From Candidatus Kaiserbacteria bacterium (lineage in GTDB: Bacteria; Patescibacteriota; Minisyncoccia; Phycocordibacterales; UBA918), in the NCBI GenBank assembly GCA_020428685.1, contig JAGQMJ010000002.1:1-49430 (forward strand): a stretch of DNA of 49,430 bases, read 5' to 3'. The notes beneath the pieces are model-generated. The model did not search any database and was not told the origin of the DNA. It was given only the letters and a program-made list of their open reading frames with translations. Positions 25,042-33,632 of the stretch are shown here, piece by piece; the first letter of the stretch is position 1, and each line of letters starts with the position of its first letter. The position numbers and the translations under genes were made by a program.

Positions 25042-26712
25042 ATGCGACCTGAATTCTGCATTGATGCTAGCCCAGTGTTTTTCAATCTTTTTGATTTTTC
25101 GATAGCTCCACCGCTTTTGTACTACGCGTACATACCTACTATTATTATTACACTTATTCTGGCAGGACTAGCTCTTTATCATAATTCACTCAACAGAAAC
25201 TCTCGTTACTTTGCAGCACTTGCAGGTGTTTTGGTCACTCATGTCTTTTTTGTTTTTGTAACCTGGATTGCAGCCCCAGTAGACCTCGTAATGTTTGGCT
25301 GGCAAATGTGGCCAATTACCTTATCACTACTTTTCCTTTCAACTTATCTCTTTTTATACAGTTATATATTTGATAAGCAAGCAAGTAACACCAGATACTA
25401 CTCTCTAATGTTACCCCTTATTCCAATTGCTTTACTATTAACGACAGAGCTTAATGTAACCCACTTCGATATAGCCAATTGTGAAGGTGTATCTCACGGA
25501 TTTTTAACGTCATATACTTACGTATATTCTGTTTATGTATTGATTAACATTTTCCTAATCGGTATTACAGGAAGCTTAAAACCAGAGCTTACCAAGTTAA
25601 AAAAGAGACAAGTTTGGATAATGGTTGGAAGTTCCATAATGGCACTTTCGGCTTTTATAGTTACTGCTTTTATTGGTGACCTAACTGGCTATTACGAATT
25701 TGAAACGGTCGGACCCATTAGCATGCTTATGTTCATTGCCGCAATGAGTTATGTTTCAACAGATTACCAGAAATTTAACCTAAAAATTCTTGGAGTTGAG
25801 CTGATGATGATTGGTCTCATAACACTCGTGGGTAGTATTATTTTCGTACGATCACTAACATATGTTCAGTACATAGCTACAGGCACACTTTTTGCAGTTG
25901 CTGTACTTGGTTGGATGCTATCTCGTTCTGTCCGAAAAGAAATTGAGAGTCGGGAGAAGATTAGTCATCTGGCGATGAATTTGGAAAAAGCCAATACCAG
26001 ACTGCAGGCTTTGGACAAACAAAAATCTGAATTTGTATCTATCGCTTCGCACCAACTACGCAGCCCTATCACATCTATTCGCGGCTACGCCTCAATGCTT
26101 CTAGAGGGAAGTTATGGCGATATTTCAAAAAAAGCCAGCATCCCTATCCAGAGAATAGAAGAGTCTTCACGACTGATGGCTCTTGCTATCGAGGACTATC
26201 TCAATGTGTCTCGCATCGAGTCTGGCAACATGAAGTACAACCTGTCAGACTTCAACCTCAAGAATGAAGCTGAGAAAATTTGTGATGATTTGAGAAACGA
26301 TGCTATCAAAAACGGACTTGTCTTACTCTTCCGCTCAGATCTCCACAGCAAAGGCATCATCAATGCTGACATCGGCAAAACTGTTCAGATTATTCAAAAC
26401 CTCGTACACAACGCTATAAAGTACACCAAGAGCGGCACAATCAAAGTCCTAGTGCGTGACAATGTAAATCGCAAAAGAATTTATATAGACATCATAGATA
26501 CTGGTATCGGCATGGACACTGAGGCTCTACAAACTATTTTTCAAAAGTTCGAGAGAGCTTCAAACGCCAACAGTATAAACGTTAACGGAACAGGGCTTGG
26601 ATTATATGTGGCGCTACGCATGGCAGAAGCAATGGGTGGCACAATCACCGCTCATTCAGATGGTAACGGAGCCGGGTCAAGATTCACTATCGAACTACCT
26701 CTGGCTATCTAA
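25042..26712 (+). CDS. sensor histidine kinase with polytopic (about 7-8 TM) N-terminal domain
   Basis: H-box SHQLRSPIT, N-box NAIKYT, G-boxes DTGIGM and GTGLGL. Confidence 0.85.
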   Translation: MRPEFCIDASPVFFNLFDFSIAPPLLYYAYIPTIIITLILAGLALYHNSLNRNSRYFAALAGVLVTHVFFVFVTWIAAPVDLVMFGWQMWPITLSLLFLSTYLFLYSYIFDKQASNTRYYSLMLPLIPIALLLTTELNVTHFDIANCEGVSHGFLTSYTYVYSVYVLINIFLIGITGSLKPELTKLKKRQVWIMVGSSIMALSAFIVTAFIGDLTGYYEFETVGPISMLMFIAAMSYVSTDYQKFNLKILGVELMMIGLITLVGSIIFVRSLTYVQYIATGTLFAVAVLGWMLSRSVRKEIESREKISHLAMNLEKANTRLQALDKQKSEFVSIASHQLRSPITSIRGYASMLLEGSYGDISKKASIPIQRIEESSRLMALAIEDYLNVSRIESGNMKYNLSDFNLKNEAEKICDDLRNDAIKNGLVLLFRSDLHSKGIINADIGKTVQIIQNLVHNAIKYTKSGTIKVLVRDNVNRKRIYIDIIDTGIGMDTEALQTIFQKFERASNANSINVNGTGLGLYVALRMAEAMGGTITAHSDGNGAGSRFTIELPLAI

Positions 26713-26717
26713 CTAAA

Positions 26718-26745
26718 TTGTTCTTAAGTCATTTTCTGATAGTAT
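26718..26745 (+). promoter_or_regulatory. promoter of trpS (TTGTTC-16-TGaTAGTAT), 7 nt before ATG26753
   Basis: -35 TTGTTC at 26718-26723, extended -10 at 26737-26745, spacer taaccct, then ATG. Confidence 0.5.
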
Positions 26746-26752
26746 TAACCCT

Positions 26753-27700
26753 ATGAACACAGAAAAGAAACGCCTGCTGACAGGACTACAGTCTTCCGGC
26801 ACATTACACATCGGCAACTACTTTGGTGCCCTGAAACCATTTCTAGATATCTATGAGCAATACGAGAGCCACTTAATGGTGGCTGACTACCACTCACTCA
26901 CGTCGCTACGTGATCCAAAACAACTACACGACAACATCATCAACGTTGTTAAAGACTACTTAGCGATTGGAGTAGACCCAACGAAGGCAATTATTTTTAG
27001 ACAATCAGACAACCAAGACCACATGGAGCTGTCTTGGATTTTAAACTGCATGGTGACAGTCCCATTCTTGATGCAAGCCCATTCATACAAAGACAAGGTA
27101 GCAAAAGGACTAGAGCCGAACGCAGGACTTTTTACATATCCAATGCTCCAAGCAGCAGACATTACTCTATACGATATAGACGTGGTGCCGGTCGGAGAAG
27201 ACCAGAGACAACACCTAGAATACACTAGAGAAGCGGTCGGGAAATTCAATCGTGCTTACGGTGAGATTTTGAAAGCTCCGAAAGAAATGATTTTAGATAG
27301 TGTTGGAGTAGTACCAGGAATTGACGGACAAAAGATGAGTAAGAGTTACGGCAACGGGATTCCACTATTTGGCTCACAAAAAGAAATCGAGAAGATCGTG
27401 ATGAGCATAGTTACGGATTCTAGTGGAGAAAGACCAGAAAATGTATATGCTATTCACCGACTACTAAAATCAGCTGAAGAACTGGAACCAATATACGAAC
27501 AGCACAAGGGACGCTATGGTGACCTAAAGAAGATTCTGGCCGCTGACCTAGAGAGCTTTATTGCACCAATGCGAGAAAAAAGAGAAAAGATAACTAATGA
27601 AGAAGTGCAGGAAGTTTTAAGAGTTGGAGCAGAAAAGGCGAAGACAATATCTGGAGTCACGTTGACCAAGGCCAGAAAGGCTATCGGCATAACACTCTAG
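26753..27700 (+). CDS. trpS: tryptophan--tRNA ligase
   Basis: GLQSSGTLHIGNYFGA (HIGH-type) and KMSKS motifs are present. Length is 315 aa. Confidence 0.95.
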   Translation: MNTEKKRLLTGLQSSGTLHIGNYFGALKPFLDIYEQYESHLMVADYHSLTSLRDPKQLHDNIINVVKDYLAIGVDPTKAIIFRQSDNQDHMELSWILNCMVTVPFLMQAHSYKDKVAKGLEPNAGLFTYPMLQAADITLYDIDVVPVGEDQRQHLEYTREAVGKFNRAYGEILKAPKEMILDSVGVVPGIDGQKMSKSYGNGIPLFGSQKEIEKIVMSIVTDSSGERPENVYAIHRLLKSAEELEPIYEQHKGRYGDLKKILAADLESFIAPMREKREKITNEEVQEVLRVGAEKAKTISGVTLTKARKAIGITL

Positions 27701-27701
27701 A

Positions 27702-27729
27702 TTGACAAGAGCCATAATCAGGCTATAGT
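27702..27729 (+). promoter_or_regulatory. sigma70 promoter
   Basis: TTGACA, a 16-nt spacer, then TATAGT. The downstream leader carries GAGAGGA 7 nt before ATG27773. Confidence 0.55.
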
Positions 27730-27772
27730 CTTGAGAGGAAAAGTACACCAAGTCTACAGAGAGGAACAACAA

Positions 27773-28075
27773 ATGAATGAAGCGTTTGCACTAATCAAAG
27801 AGGCAATCAAAGAGCTAGCTGAACACGGCTATCTCAAACTTGATGCCGGCGAAAATTTTTTTATTTTTCAGCCCTATCAAGGGCCACATACGGGACCTAC
27901 GAAAGAATTCGTTGAAAGATTCGCATCGACACTCACTGATGTTCTGAATGCCGCCAACATCGGATCTTGTCTGACAATCGAAACAATAACAAAAGTCAGA
28001 AGGGAACTAGCACCGTTTGAAGAAATCAGCACCAACCAGACATTCTCCATCAAAATCACCTTGGGGAATATTTGA
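27773..28075 (+). CDS. hypothetical 100-aa protein
   Basis: ATG27773 is preceded by an SD-like GAGAGGA. The track start TTG27731 lies only 1 nt after the -10 hexamer. A terminator follows. Confidence 0.5.
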   Translation: MNEAFALIKEAIKELAEHGYLKLDAGENFFIFQPYQGPHTGPTKEFVERFASTLTDVLNAANIGSCLTIETITKVRRELAPFEEISTNQTFSIKITLGNI

Positions 28076-28079
28076 AGAA

Positions 28080-28105
28080 GGGCGGCATCGCAGATGCCGC
28101 CCTTT
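28080..28105 (+). terminator. intrinsic terminator
   Basis: gggcggcatc-gca-gatgccgccc forms a 10-bp stem, followed by TTT. Confidence 0.7.
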
Positions 28106-28118
28106 AAATAATCCAAAA

Positions 28119-28147
28119 TTGACGAATCCAGTCTAGCAGGCTAATCT
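28119..28147 (+). promoter_or_regulatory. sigma70 promoter of the aspS leader
   Basis: TTGACG, a 17-nt spacer, then TAATCT. Confidence 0.5.
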
Positions 28148-28153
28148 AGAAAG

Positions 28154-28315
28154 TAACCAAAGAAGCAGCTGACACTGTGGAGGTTGAAGGTAAAGCAAGG
28201 TTCTCAAAACCGAGAACGAAGTAGGGTGGCACCGCGGACTTATCCATATGATAGGAATCGCCCCTGCAGATGTATTATAAATCTTAATATATTTGTAGGA
28301 GTGATTAATTTTATT
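28154..28315 (+). promoter_or_regulatory. T-box riboswitch leader, Asp-specific (specifier GAC)
   Basis: T-box core AGGGUGGCACCGCG lies at 28223-28236. It forms a canonical 7-nt UGGCACC bulge between helices AGGG/CCCU and GCG/CGC (3' strand at 28259-28265). GAC-A at 28171-28174 sits in a hairpin loop. The Stem III hairpin is gttctc/gagaac. A competing 15-bp AU-rich helix spans 28263-28299. Confidence 0.7.
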
Positions 28316-28338
28316 GACTGCCCCTACACCAAAAAAAT

Positions 28339-29742
28339 ATGAAGCGAACAATGATAGGCGAACTATCGTCACACAAGGGAGAAGAAGTAGTGATTAATGG
28401 ATGGATTCATGTAGCTCGAGACCAAGGCAAAATGGCTTTCTTTGATATCAGAGATCGTAGCGGTCTTGTGCAAGGAGTAGTATTCGGCAAGCCCGAAGTA
28501 CTAGAAGTAGCCAAGACGTTGAAGCCGGAATTTGTGGTTGCAATCACAGGAGCAATAAATGCGCGACCAGAAAAAATGATAAAAACTGATGTTGTGAACG
28601 GAGATATTGAGCTAGAAATCACCAATATCGAAGTGCTAAACTCAGCCGAAACACCGCCTTTCGACCTAACAGAGGACTCAAGTGACAAAGACGAGGAGGT
28701 GCGACTCAAGCATCGTTCACTAGACCTACGTACTGAGCGTATGCAGCGCAACATCAGACTGCGCAGTGAATTCGTAAAGCGATGTCGTGACTTCTTAATG
28801 AAGCAAGATTTCTGTGAAATTGAAACACCTCTTTTGACTGAATCAACACCAGAAGGTTCGCGAGACTTCGTAGTACCAAGTCGGCATCATCCCGGTAAGT
28901 TTTACGCTTTGCCACAGTCACCACAACAATACAAACAGCTTCTAATGAACGCTGGCTTTGAGCGATACATGCAGATTGCACGCGCCATCCGTGACGAAGA
29001 TTTGCGAGCGGATCGTGGATACGAACACACTCAAATCGACCTCGAAATGTCTTTCGTAGAAAGGGAAGACGTGATGAAAATCATTGAAGACATGATTACT
29101 GAAACTGTTGAAGAAATGGGTTATACCATCAAGCAAAAGCCTTTCCCTCGAGTTACTTATGCAGAGTCAATGGAAAAGTACGGGGCGGATAAGTTTGATA
29201 TGCGAACTGAAGAAGATAAGGAGAACGGCGTGCTAGCTTACGCATGGGTAATTGATTTTCCTTTCTTCGAAAAAACTGATGCTGGGAAATGGACTTTTAC
29301 GCACAACCCATTCTCAATGCCAAAGGCAGAATTTATTGAAGATCTCATGAAGGGTAAGAACATCGAAAATATTCTCACCACTCAATACGACCTAGTCTGC
29401 AACGGATTTGAAGCTGGTGGCGGAAGTATTCGAGCGCATAAGCCAGAAATTATTGAGGCCGTTTACAAGGTTATGGGTAACACTGACGAAGAGATTCAAG
29501 ATAAAGTCGGACACATGCTGGAAGCATTTAAGTACGGCACACCACCTCATGGAGGAATTGCTCTCGGCGTAGAAAGAAACGTTATGAACCTAACTGGTGA
29601 AGCGTCACTGCGAGAAGTACAAGCTTTCCCAATGACACGAAAGGGCCAAACTGCAGTCATGAACGCGCCAAAGCCGCTGGAAGTTGAACAATTGATCGAA
29701 CTCGGACTATCAGTCAGAAAAGCAACTGACGACAAAAAGTAA
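28339..29742 (+). CDS. aspS: aspartate--tRNA ligase, bacterial type but lacking the GAD insertion domain
   Basis: FCEIETPLLTESTPEGSRDFVVPSR..GKFYALPQSPQQYKQLLM..RDEDLRADR and GGGSIR are present. Length is 467 aa. Confidence 0.95.
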   Translation: MKRTMIGELSSHKGEEVVINGWIHVARDQGKMAFFDIRDRSGLVQGVVFGKPEVLEVAKTLKPEFVVAITGAINARPEKMIKTDVVNGDIELEITNIEVLNSAETPPFDLTEDSSDKDEEVRLKHRSLDLRTERMQRNIRLRSEFVKRCRDFLMKQDFCEIETPLLTESTPEGSRDFVVPSRHHPGKFYALPQSPQQYKQLLMNAGFERYMQIARAIRDEDLRADRGYEHTQIDLEMSFVEREDVMKIIEDMITETVEEMGYTIKQKPFPRVTYAESMEKYGADKFDMRTEEDKENGVLAYAWVIDFPFFEKTDAGKWTFTHNPFSMPKAEFIEDLMKGKNIENILTTQYDLVCNGFEAGGGSIRAHKPEIIEAVYKVMGNTDEEIQDKVGHMLEAFKYGTPPHGGIALGVERNVMNLTGEASLREVQAFPMTRKGQTAVMNAPKPLEVEQLIELGLSVRKATDDKK

Positions 29743-29751
29743 ATTTTAATT

Positions 29752-29783
29752 AAACCGCTCTGCCCTTCGGGCAGAGCGGTTTT
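29752..29783 (+). terminator. intrinsic terminator
   Basis: ccgctctgccc-ttc-gggcagagcgg forms the stem, followed by TTTT. Confidence 0.85.
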
Positions 29784-29785
29784 CT

Positions 29786-29794
29786 TGTTATAAT
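29786..29794 (+). promoter_or_regulatory. extended -10 promoter TGtTATAAT, 6 nt before ATG29801
   Basis: TGtTATAAT, spacer ctcgaa, then ATG. Confidence 0.55.
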
Positions 29795-29800
29795 CTCGAA

Positions 29801-31231
29801 ATGACAAAAATTAGCTTGACCACTAAGGATTTTAGTACACTTGATTCAAAGTATTGCCGAATAGTTTTGACCGAAGACGCGCCCACTTGGCACAGACTAG
29901 TAGAAACAACGGACGGAAAACTTGAGTACAGAATGGGAGCAGGAAAAAGAAAGAACGCAACACCGCGCACATACCGAACACTCATTCGAACCATTGTACA
30001 AACAGCTAAATCACATCAGCTTGAAAACATTGCGATTTACTTGGGAGCGATGGGCTGTCCAAAACTTGAAGCTATGGGCAACGAATGGTTTTTCCGGACA
30101 TTGGCCGAAAACCTTCAACTAGCTCAATACGAATTTAATAAATATAAGACTAAAAAGAAGAGCGATAAGGAGCTGAAAGAAATAGTAGTTTGTGGTGTTG
30201 GTACGCCGGCCGAAAAGCAAAGCTTTTCGGCCGGCCTCACCATCGGTGAATCAGCCAACCTAACTCGAGACATTGCCAACACGAGCGGCGGCGACCTAAC
30301 CCCAAGCAAGCTAGCAGCCGAAGCCAAAAATATAATGAAGGGTACCAAGACAACATTCAAAGTCCTTAACACGGCCGCCATTAAAAAAGAAAAAATGGGA
30401 CTGCTAGAGGCAGTAGGAAAGGGAGCAGAAGATGGACCTTGTTTGATTGTGATTGAATACTGGGGAGCTGGAAAACCGACCAAAAAAGGAGACAAGACTA
30501 AAGCCCCAATCGCCCTTGTTGGCAAAGGTATTACATATGACACTGGCGGACTGAACGTAAAACCCTCAGGCTACATGCATGAAATGCATATGGACATGGC
30601 CGGTGGTGCAGCCATGATAGGCACCATGCGAGCCATCGCCAAGCTTGGCATCAAGAAGAACGTCGTAGCATTTATACCGGCCGCCGAAAATGCTATCTCT
30701 GAACGCAGTATGCGAGCCGGCGACATCGCCACCTCTATGTCTGGTAAAACAGTAGAAATACTACACACTGATGCGGAAGGCAGACTAGTACTGGCCGACG
30801 CCATGACTTACGCAGAAAAATACTATCAGCCACGAGTTATGCTAGATGCAGCTACTCTCACAGGAGCATCACTAGCCGCTATCGGACAATTTGCTTCCAT
30901 CACCCTCACGAAAGACCAGTCTTTGAGCGACACGCTAATGAAGCTAGGAGAAGAGTCAGGCGACCTCACCTGGCCATTACCACTCTGGGATGAATACAAA
31001 GCAATGCTAAAAAGCACTCGCGCAGACATCAGCAACATCGCCACCAATTTCTCACGTTATGCAGGATGTATTGAAGGAGGAATCTTCCTCTCACACTTCG
31101 CACCCAAGAAAACTCCATGGGCACACATCGACATCGCACCGCGTATGGAAAGCATACCGAGCGACAAGCTAGCTAAAGGCGCAACCGGCGAACCAGTCCG
31201 ACTCCTTGTTAGATTTGTAGAAGAATATTAA
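29801..31231 (+). CDS. pepA: M17 leucyl aminopeptidase
   Basis: VGKGITYDTGG and HTDAEGRLVLADA motifs are present. Confidence 0.85.
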   Translation: MTKISLTTKDFSTLDSKYCRIVLTEDAPTWHRLVETTDGKLEYRMGAGKRKNATPRTYRTLIRTIVQTAKSHQLENIAIYLGAMGCPKLEAMGNEWFFRTLAENLQLAQYEFNKYKTKKKSDKELKEIVVCGVGTPAEKQSFSAGLTIGESANLTRDIANTSGGDLTPSKLAAEAKNIMKGTKTTFKVLNTAAIKKEKMGLLEAVGKGAEDGPCLIVIEYWGAGKPTKKGDKTKAPIALVGKGITYDTGGLNVKPSGYMHEMHMDMAGGAAMIGTMRAIAKLGIKKNVVAFIPAAENAISERSMRAGDIATSMSGKTVEILHTDAEGRLVLADAMTYAEKYYQPRVMLDAATLTGASLAAIGQFASITLTKDQSLSDTLMKLGEESGDLTWPLPLWDEYKAMLKSTRADISNIATNFSRYAGCIEGGIFLSHFAPKKTPWAHIDIAPRMESIPSDKLAKGATGEPVRLLVRFVEEY

Positions 31232-31237
31232 AGCCAC

Positions 31238-31266
31238 AAAAGCTGCCAGACATCTGGCAGCTTTTT
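31238..31266 (+). terminator. intrinsic terminator
   Basis: agctgccag-acat-ctggcagct forms the stem, followed by TTTT. Confidence 0.85.
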
Positions 31267-31295
31267 AACAATCGCTACAAACAGCTCAAGTATGA

Positions 31296-31304
31296 TGTTA
31301 GAAT
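31296..31304 (+). promoter_or_regulatory. extended -10 promoter TGtTAGAAT, 6 nt before GTG31311
   Basis: TGtTAGAAT, spacer aaagcc, then GTG. Confidence 0.5.
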
Positions 31305-31310
31305 AAAGCC

Positions 31311-32042
31311 GTGAACACTGAACCATACGCCATAAAAACAGAAACTTTTGAGGGACCAATGGAACTCCTGATTGAACTCGTTGAAAAACGAAAGCTTTTG
31401 ATTAATGACATTTCACTAGCACAAGTAACCGACGAATACATGCAAGCAGTGAGTGCGATGCAAGAACTATCTCTACCACACACTTCACAATTCGTGTCAC
31501 TAGCTGCCACACTCCTACTAATCAAATCCAAATCACTCCTACCAGTACTCGATCTGACTGAAGAAGAAACAGCTAGTATCGAAGACCTCGAAGAGCGACT
31601 GAAGAAATACCAAGTTTATCGTGATATCGCTATCCAAATGCAGGCAATTTTTGGTCAGAATAATGCCTATGAGCCAGAATACACACCGCCACGAGAGCCG
31701 ATATTTTCTCCAGACCAACACTGTTCGAAGAGTGAGCTAGCATTGGCAATGCAGCGTGTCTTGGAAGGCTTGCCAAAAGAAGTGCCAAAACAAACTGCAA
31801 AAGTTCGACCCACTATCTCACTTGAGGAAATGATGGAAAAACTCCAGGCACGTATTGAGAGACAAATGCAAACCAAATTCTCAGAATTGAGAGCCGGGGA
31901 GCCAGAACACAAAAATGTCATTGTTGGTTTTTTGGCTATTCTAGAGCTATTTAAGCAAGGAGACATTATCATCACTCAAGCTGGACGCTTTGATGATATC
32001 CACATGGAAATGAAGCAAACAGACACGCCCAAATACTACTAA
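31311..32042 (+). CDS. scpA: segregation and condensation protein A
   Basis: FEGPMELLIELVEKRKLLINDISLAQVTDEY matches ScpA. The start codon is GTG. Confidence 0.85.
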   Translation: MNTEPYAIKTETFEGPMELLIELVEKRKLLINDISLAQVTDEYMQAVSAMQELSLPHTSQFVSLAATLLLIKSKSLLPVLDLTEEETASIEDLEERLKKYQVYRDIAIQMQAIFGQNNAYEPEYTPPREPIFSPDQHCSKSELALAMQRVLEGLPKEVPKQTAKVRPTISLEEMMEKLQARIERQMQTKFSELRAGEPEHKNVIVGFLAILELFKQGDIIITQAGRFDDIHMEMKQTDTPKYY

Positions 32043-32093
32043 GCTTTGCGAGGTCATATGTGTCAATAAGACACGTGATTGCAACGTATTTTA

Positions 32094-32102
32094 TGCTAGA
32101 AT
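32094..32102 (+). promoter_or_regulatory. extended -10 promoter TGcTAGAAT, 6 nt before ATG32109
   Basis: TGcTAGAAT, spacer gccagt, then ATG. Confidence 0.5.
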
Positions 32103-32108
32103 GCCAGT

Positions 32109-32633
32109 ATGACACTCGATGTTCTCATTGAGGGGCTGCTTTTTTATAAAGCAGCCCCTCAAAATAAGGAAAAACTCATGAAGCTTTTTGCCGTGGACAA
32201 AGAGGAATTTAACTCTGCCGTAAGAATTCTCAATACACGCCTCCAGTCAGGAGCCGTCCGACTAACAGAAACAGACACCGAAATACAACTCGTTACAGCG
32301 CCAGAGCTATCAGAATTCATTGAATCCTTACGCAAAAGCGATGTCACTGGAGACATCGGAAAAGCTGGAGCTGAAACCCTAGCCATCATCCTCTATCGTG
32401 AACCTATCTCAAGAGTTGAGATTGACCGCATCCGTGGCGTAAACTCTTCATTCATTTTACGCAACCTCCTAATGCGTGGTCTCATCAGTCGAGAATCCAT
32501 CACCGGCAACGGCTTTCAATTCCGTGTGACACCAAATCTTCTCAACCATCTCGGTGTCACCAGCAAACAAAACCTGCCCAATTTCTCAGAGTTTATGAAT
32601 TCAATAGACGCGTTTGATAATATCGAGCCATGA
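32109..32633 (+). CDS. scpB: segregation and condensation protein B
   Basis: IEGLLFY..., ETLAIILYREPISRVEIDRIRGVNS and LLMRGLI match ScpB. Confidence 0.85.
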   Translation: MTLDVLIEGLLFYKAAPQNKEKLMKLFAVDKEEFNSAVRILNTRLQSGAVRLTETDTEIQLVTAPELSEFIESLRKSDVTGDIGKAGAETLAIILYREPISRVEIDRIRGVNSSFILRNLLMRGLISRESITGNGFQFRVTPNLLNHLGVTSKQNLPNFSEFMNSIDAFDNIEP

Positions 32634-33631
32634 GTGAATACGAGCCACCATACATCATCGAAACAGATGAGCCTATACAGAAAAACAAATTTCCAATCGT
32701 GGCCCAGCTTGGAGTTTTGGCGATGATTTTGACAGTCATTTTTGGCTCGCTTGTGCTTCAAAATTCGAAAAAAACCCAGACAGTGACGCTGCCTCCAGAA
32801 GCAGACTTGTCTGCAACAATAAATGCTGAGCCAGCTATTCCACAAAAAATATCAGATATTTCACTCACAGCTAAGTCTGCTTATGTTTGGGACATCAAAA
32901 GTCAGAGAGTTCTTTTTGCTAAGAACGCTGATTCGCAAATGCCCCTAGCTTCTATCACCAAGCTCATGACAGCACTATTGGCGTACGAACTAATCGAACA
33001 AAACGAGAGAGCCACCATATCTATGTCTGCCATTCGACAGGAGGGAAGTAGTGGACTATCAGCCGGTGAAAAATTTTCAGTAAACCAACTAAGCGAACTG
33101 GCTTTAGTATCATCATCAAACGATGCCGCTTACGCGCTCGCGGCTAGCGTTGGAGAATTGTTAGGTGACAATGATCCAGCCGCGCAGTTTATATCTGGAA
33201 TGAATATCCGTGCTAAGGAACTCGGCCTAGAAACTCTAGAATTCAAAAGCACTACCGGACTGGATATTTCTGAGCTAGAAGCCGGCGCTGTGGGGAGCGC
33301 ACGCGATGTATCTTTTTTGATGGAGTACATAATTACCAATTACCCAGAAATACTTGAACCAACCCAACAACCATCCACCCGAGTCTACAACACCTCAGGC
33401 GCTTACCATGAAGCCGCCAATACAAATGAAGCAGTCCAAAACATCCCCAACATGCTTGGTTCTAAGACAGGCTACACAGACCTAGCTGGAGGTAATCTCA
33501 CAATTGCTTTTGATGCTGGACTAGACAGACCCATCATTGTGACAGTACTTGGTTCAACCAGACACGATAGATTTGAGGATGTACTAAAGCTAGTTAAAGC
33601 CGTACAAGAATCCGTCGGACAAATCAATTAA
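32630..33631 (+). CDS. D-alanyl-D-alanine carboxypeptidase (S11 family PBP)
   Basis: SITK (SxxK), SSN (SxN) and KTGYT motifs are present, with an N-terminal TM anchor. An ATGA overlap couples it to scpB. Confidence 0.8.
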   Translation: MSEYEPPYIIETDEPIQKNKFPIVAQLGVLAMILTVIFGSLVLQNSKKTQTVTLPPEADLSATINAEPAIPQKISDISLTAKSAYVWDIKSQRVLFAKNADSQMPLASITKLMTALLAYELIEQNERATISMSAIRQEGSSGLSAGEKFSVNQLSELALVSSSNDAAYALAASVGELLGDNDPAAQFISGMNIRAKELGLETLEFKSTTGLDISELEAGAVGSARDVSFLMEYIITNYPEILEPTQQPSTRVYNTSGAYHEAANTNEAVQNIPNMLGSKTGYTDLAGGNLTIAFDAGLDRPIIVTVLGSTRHDRFEDVLKLVKAVQESVGQIN

Positions 33632-33632
33632 C

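Noticed and set aside
28133-28372. 79-aa minus-strand ORF in the trpS-aspS intergenic region.
   Set aside because: It lies entirely over the T-box leader and promoter of aspS. It has no SD or promoter of its own and a low-complexity, unfamiliar sequence. The T-box RNA explains the region better.
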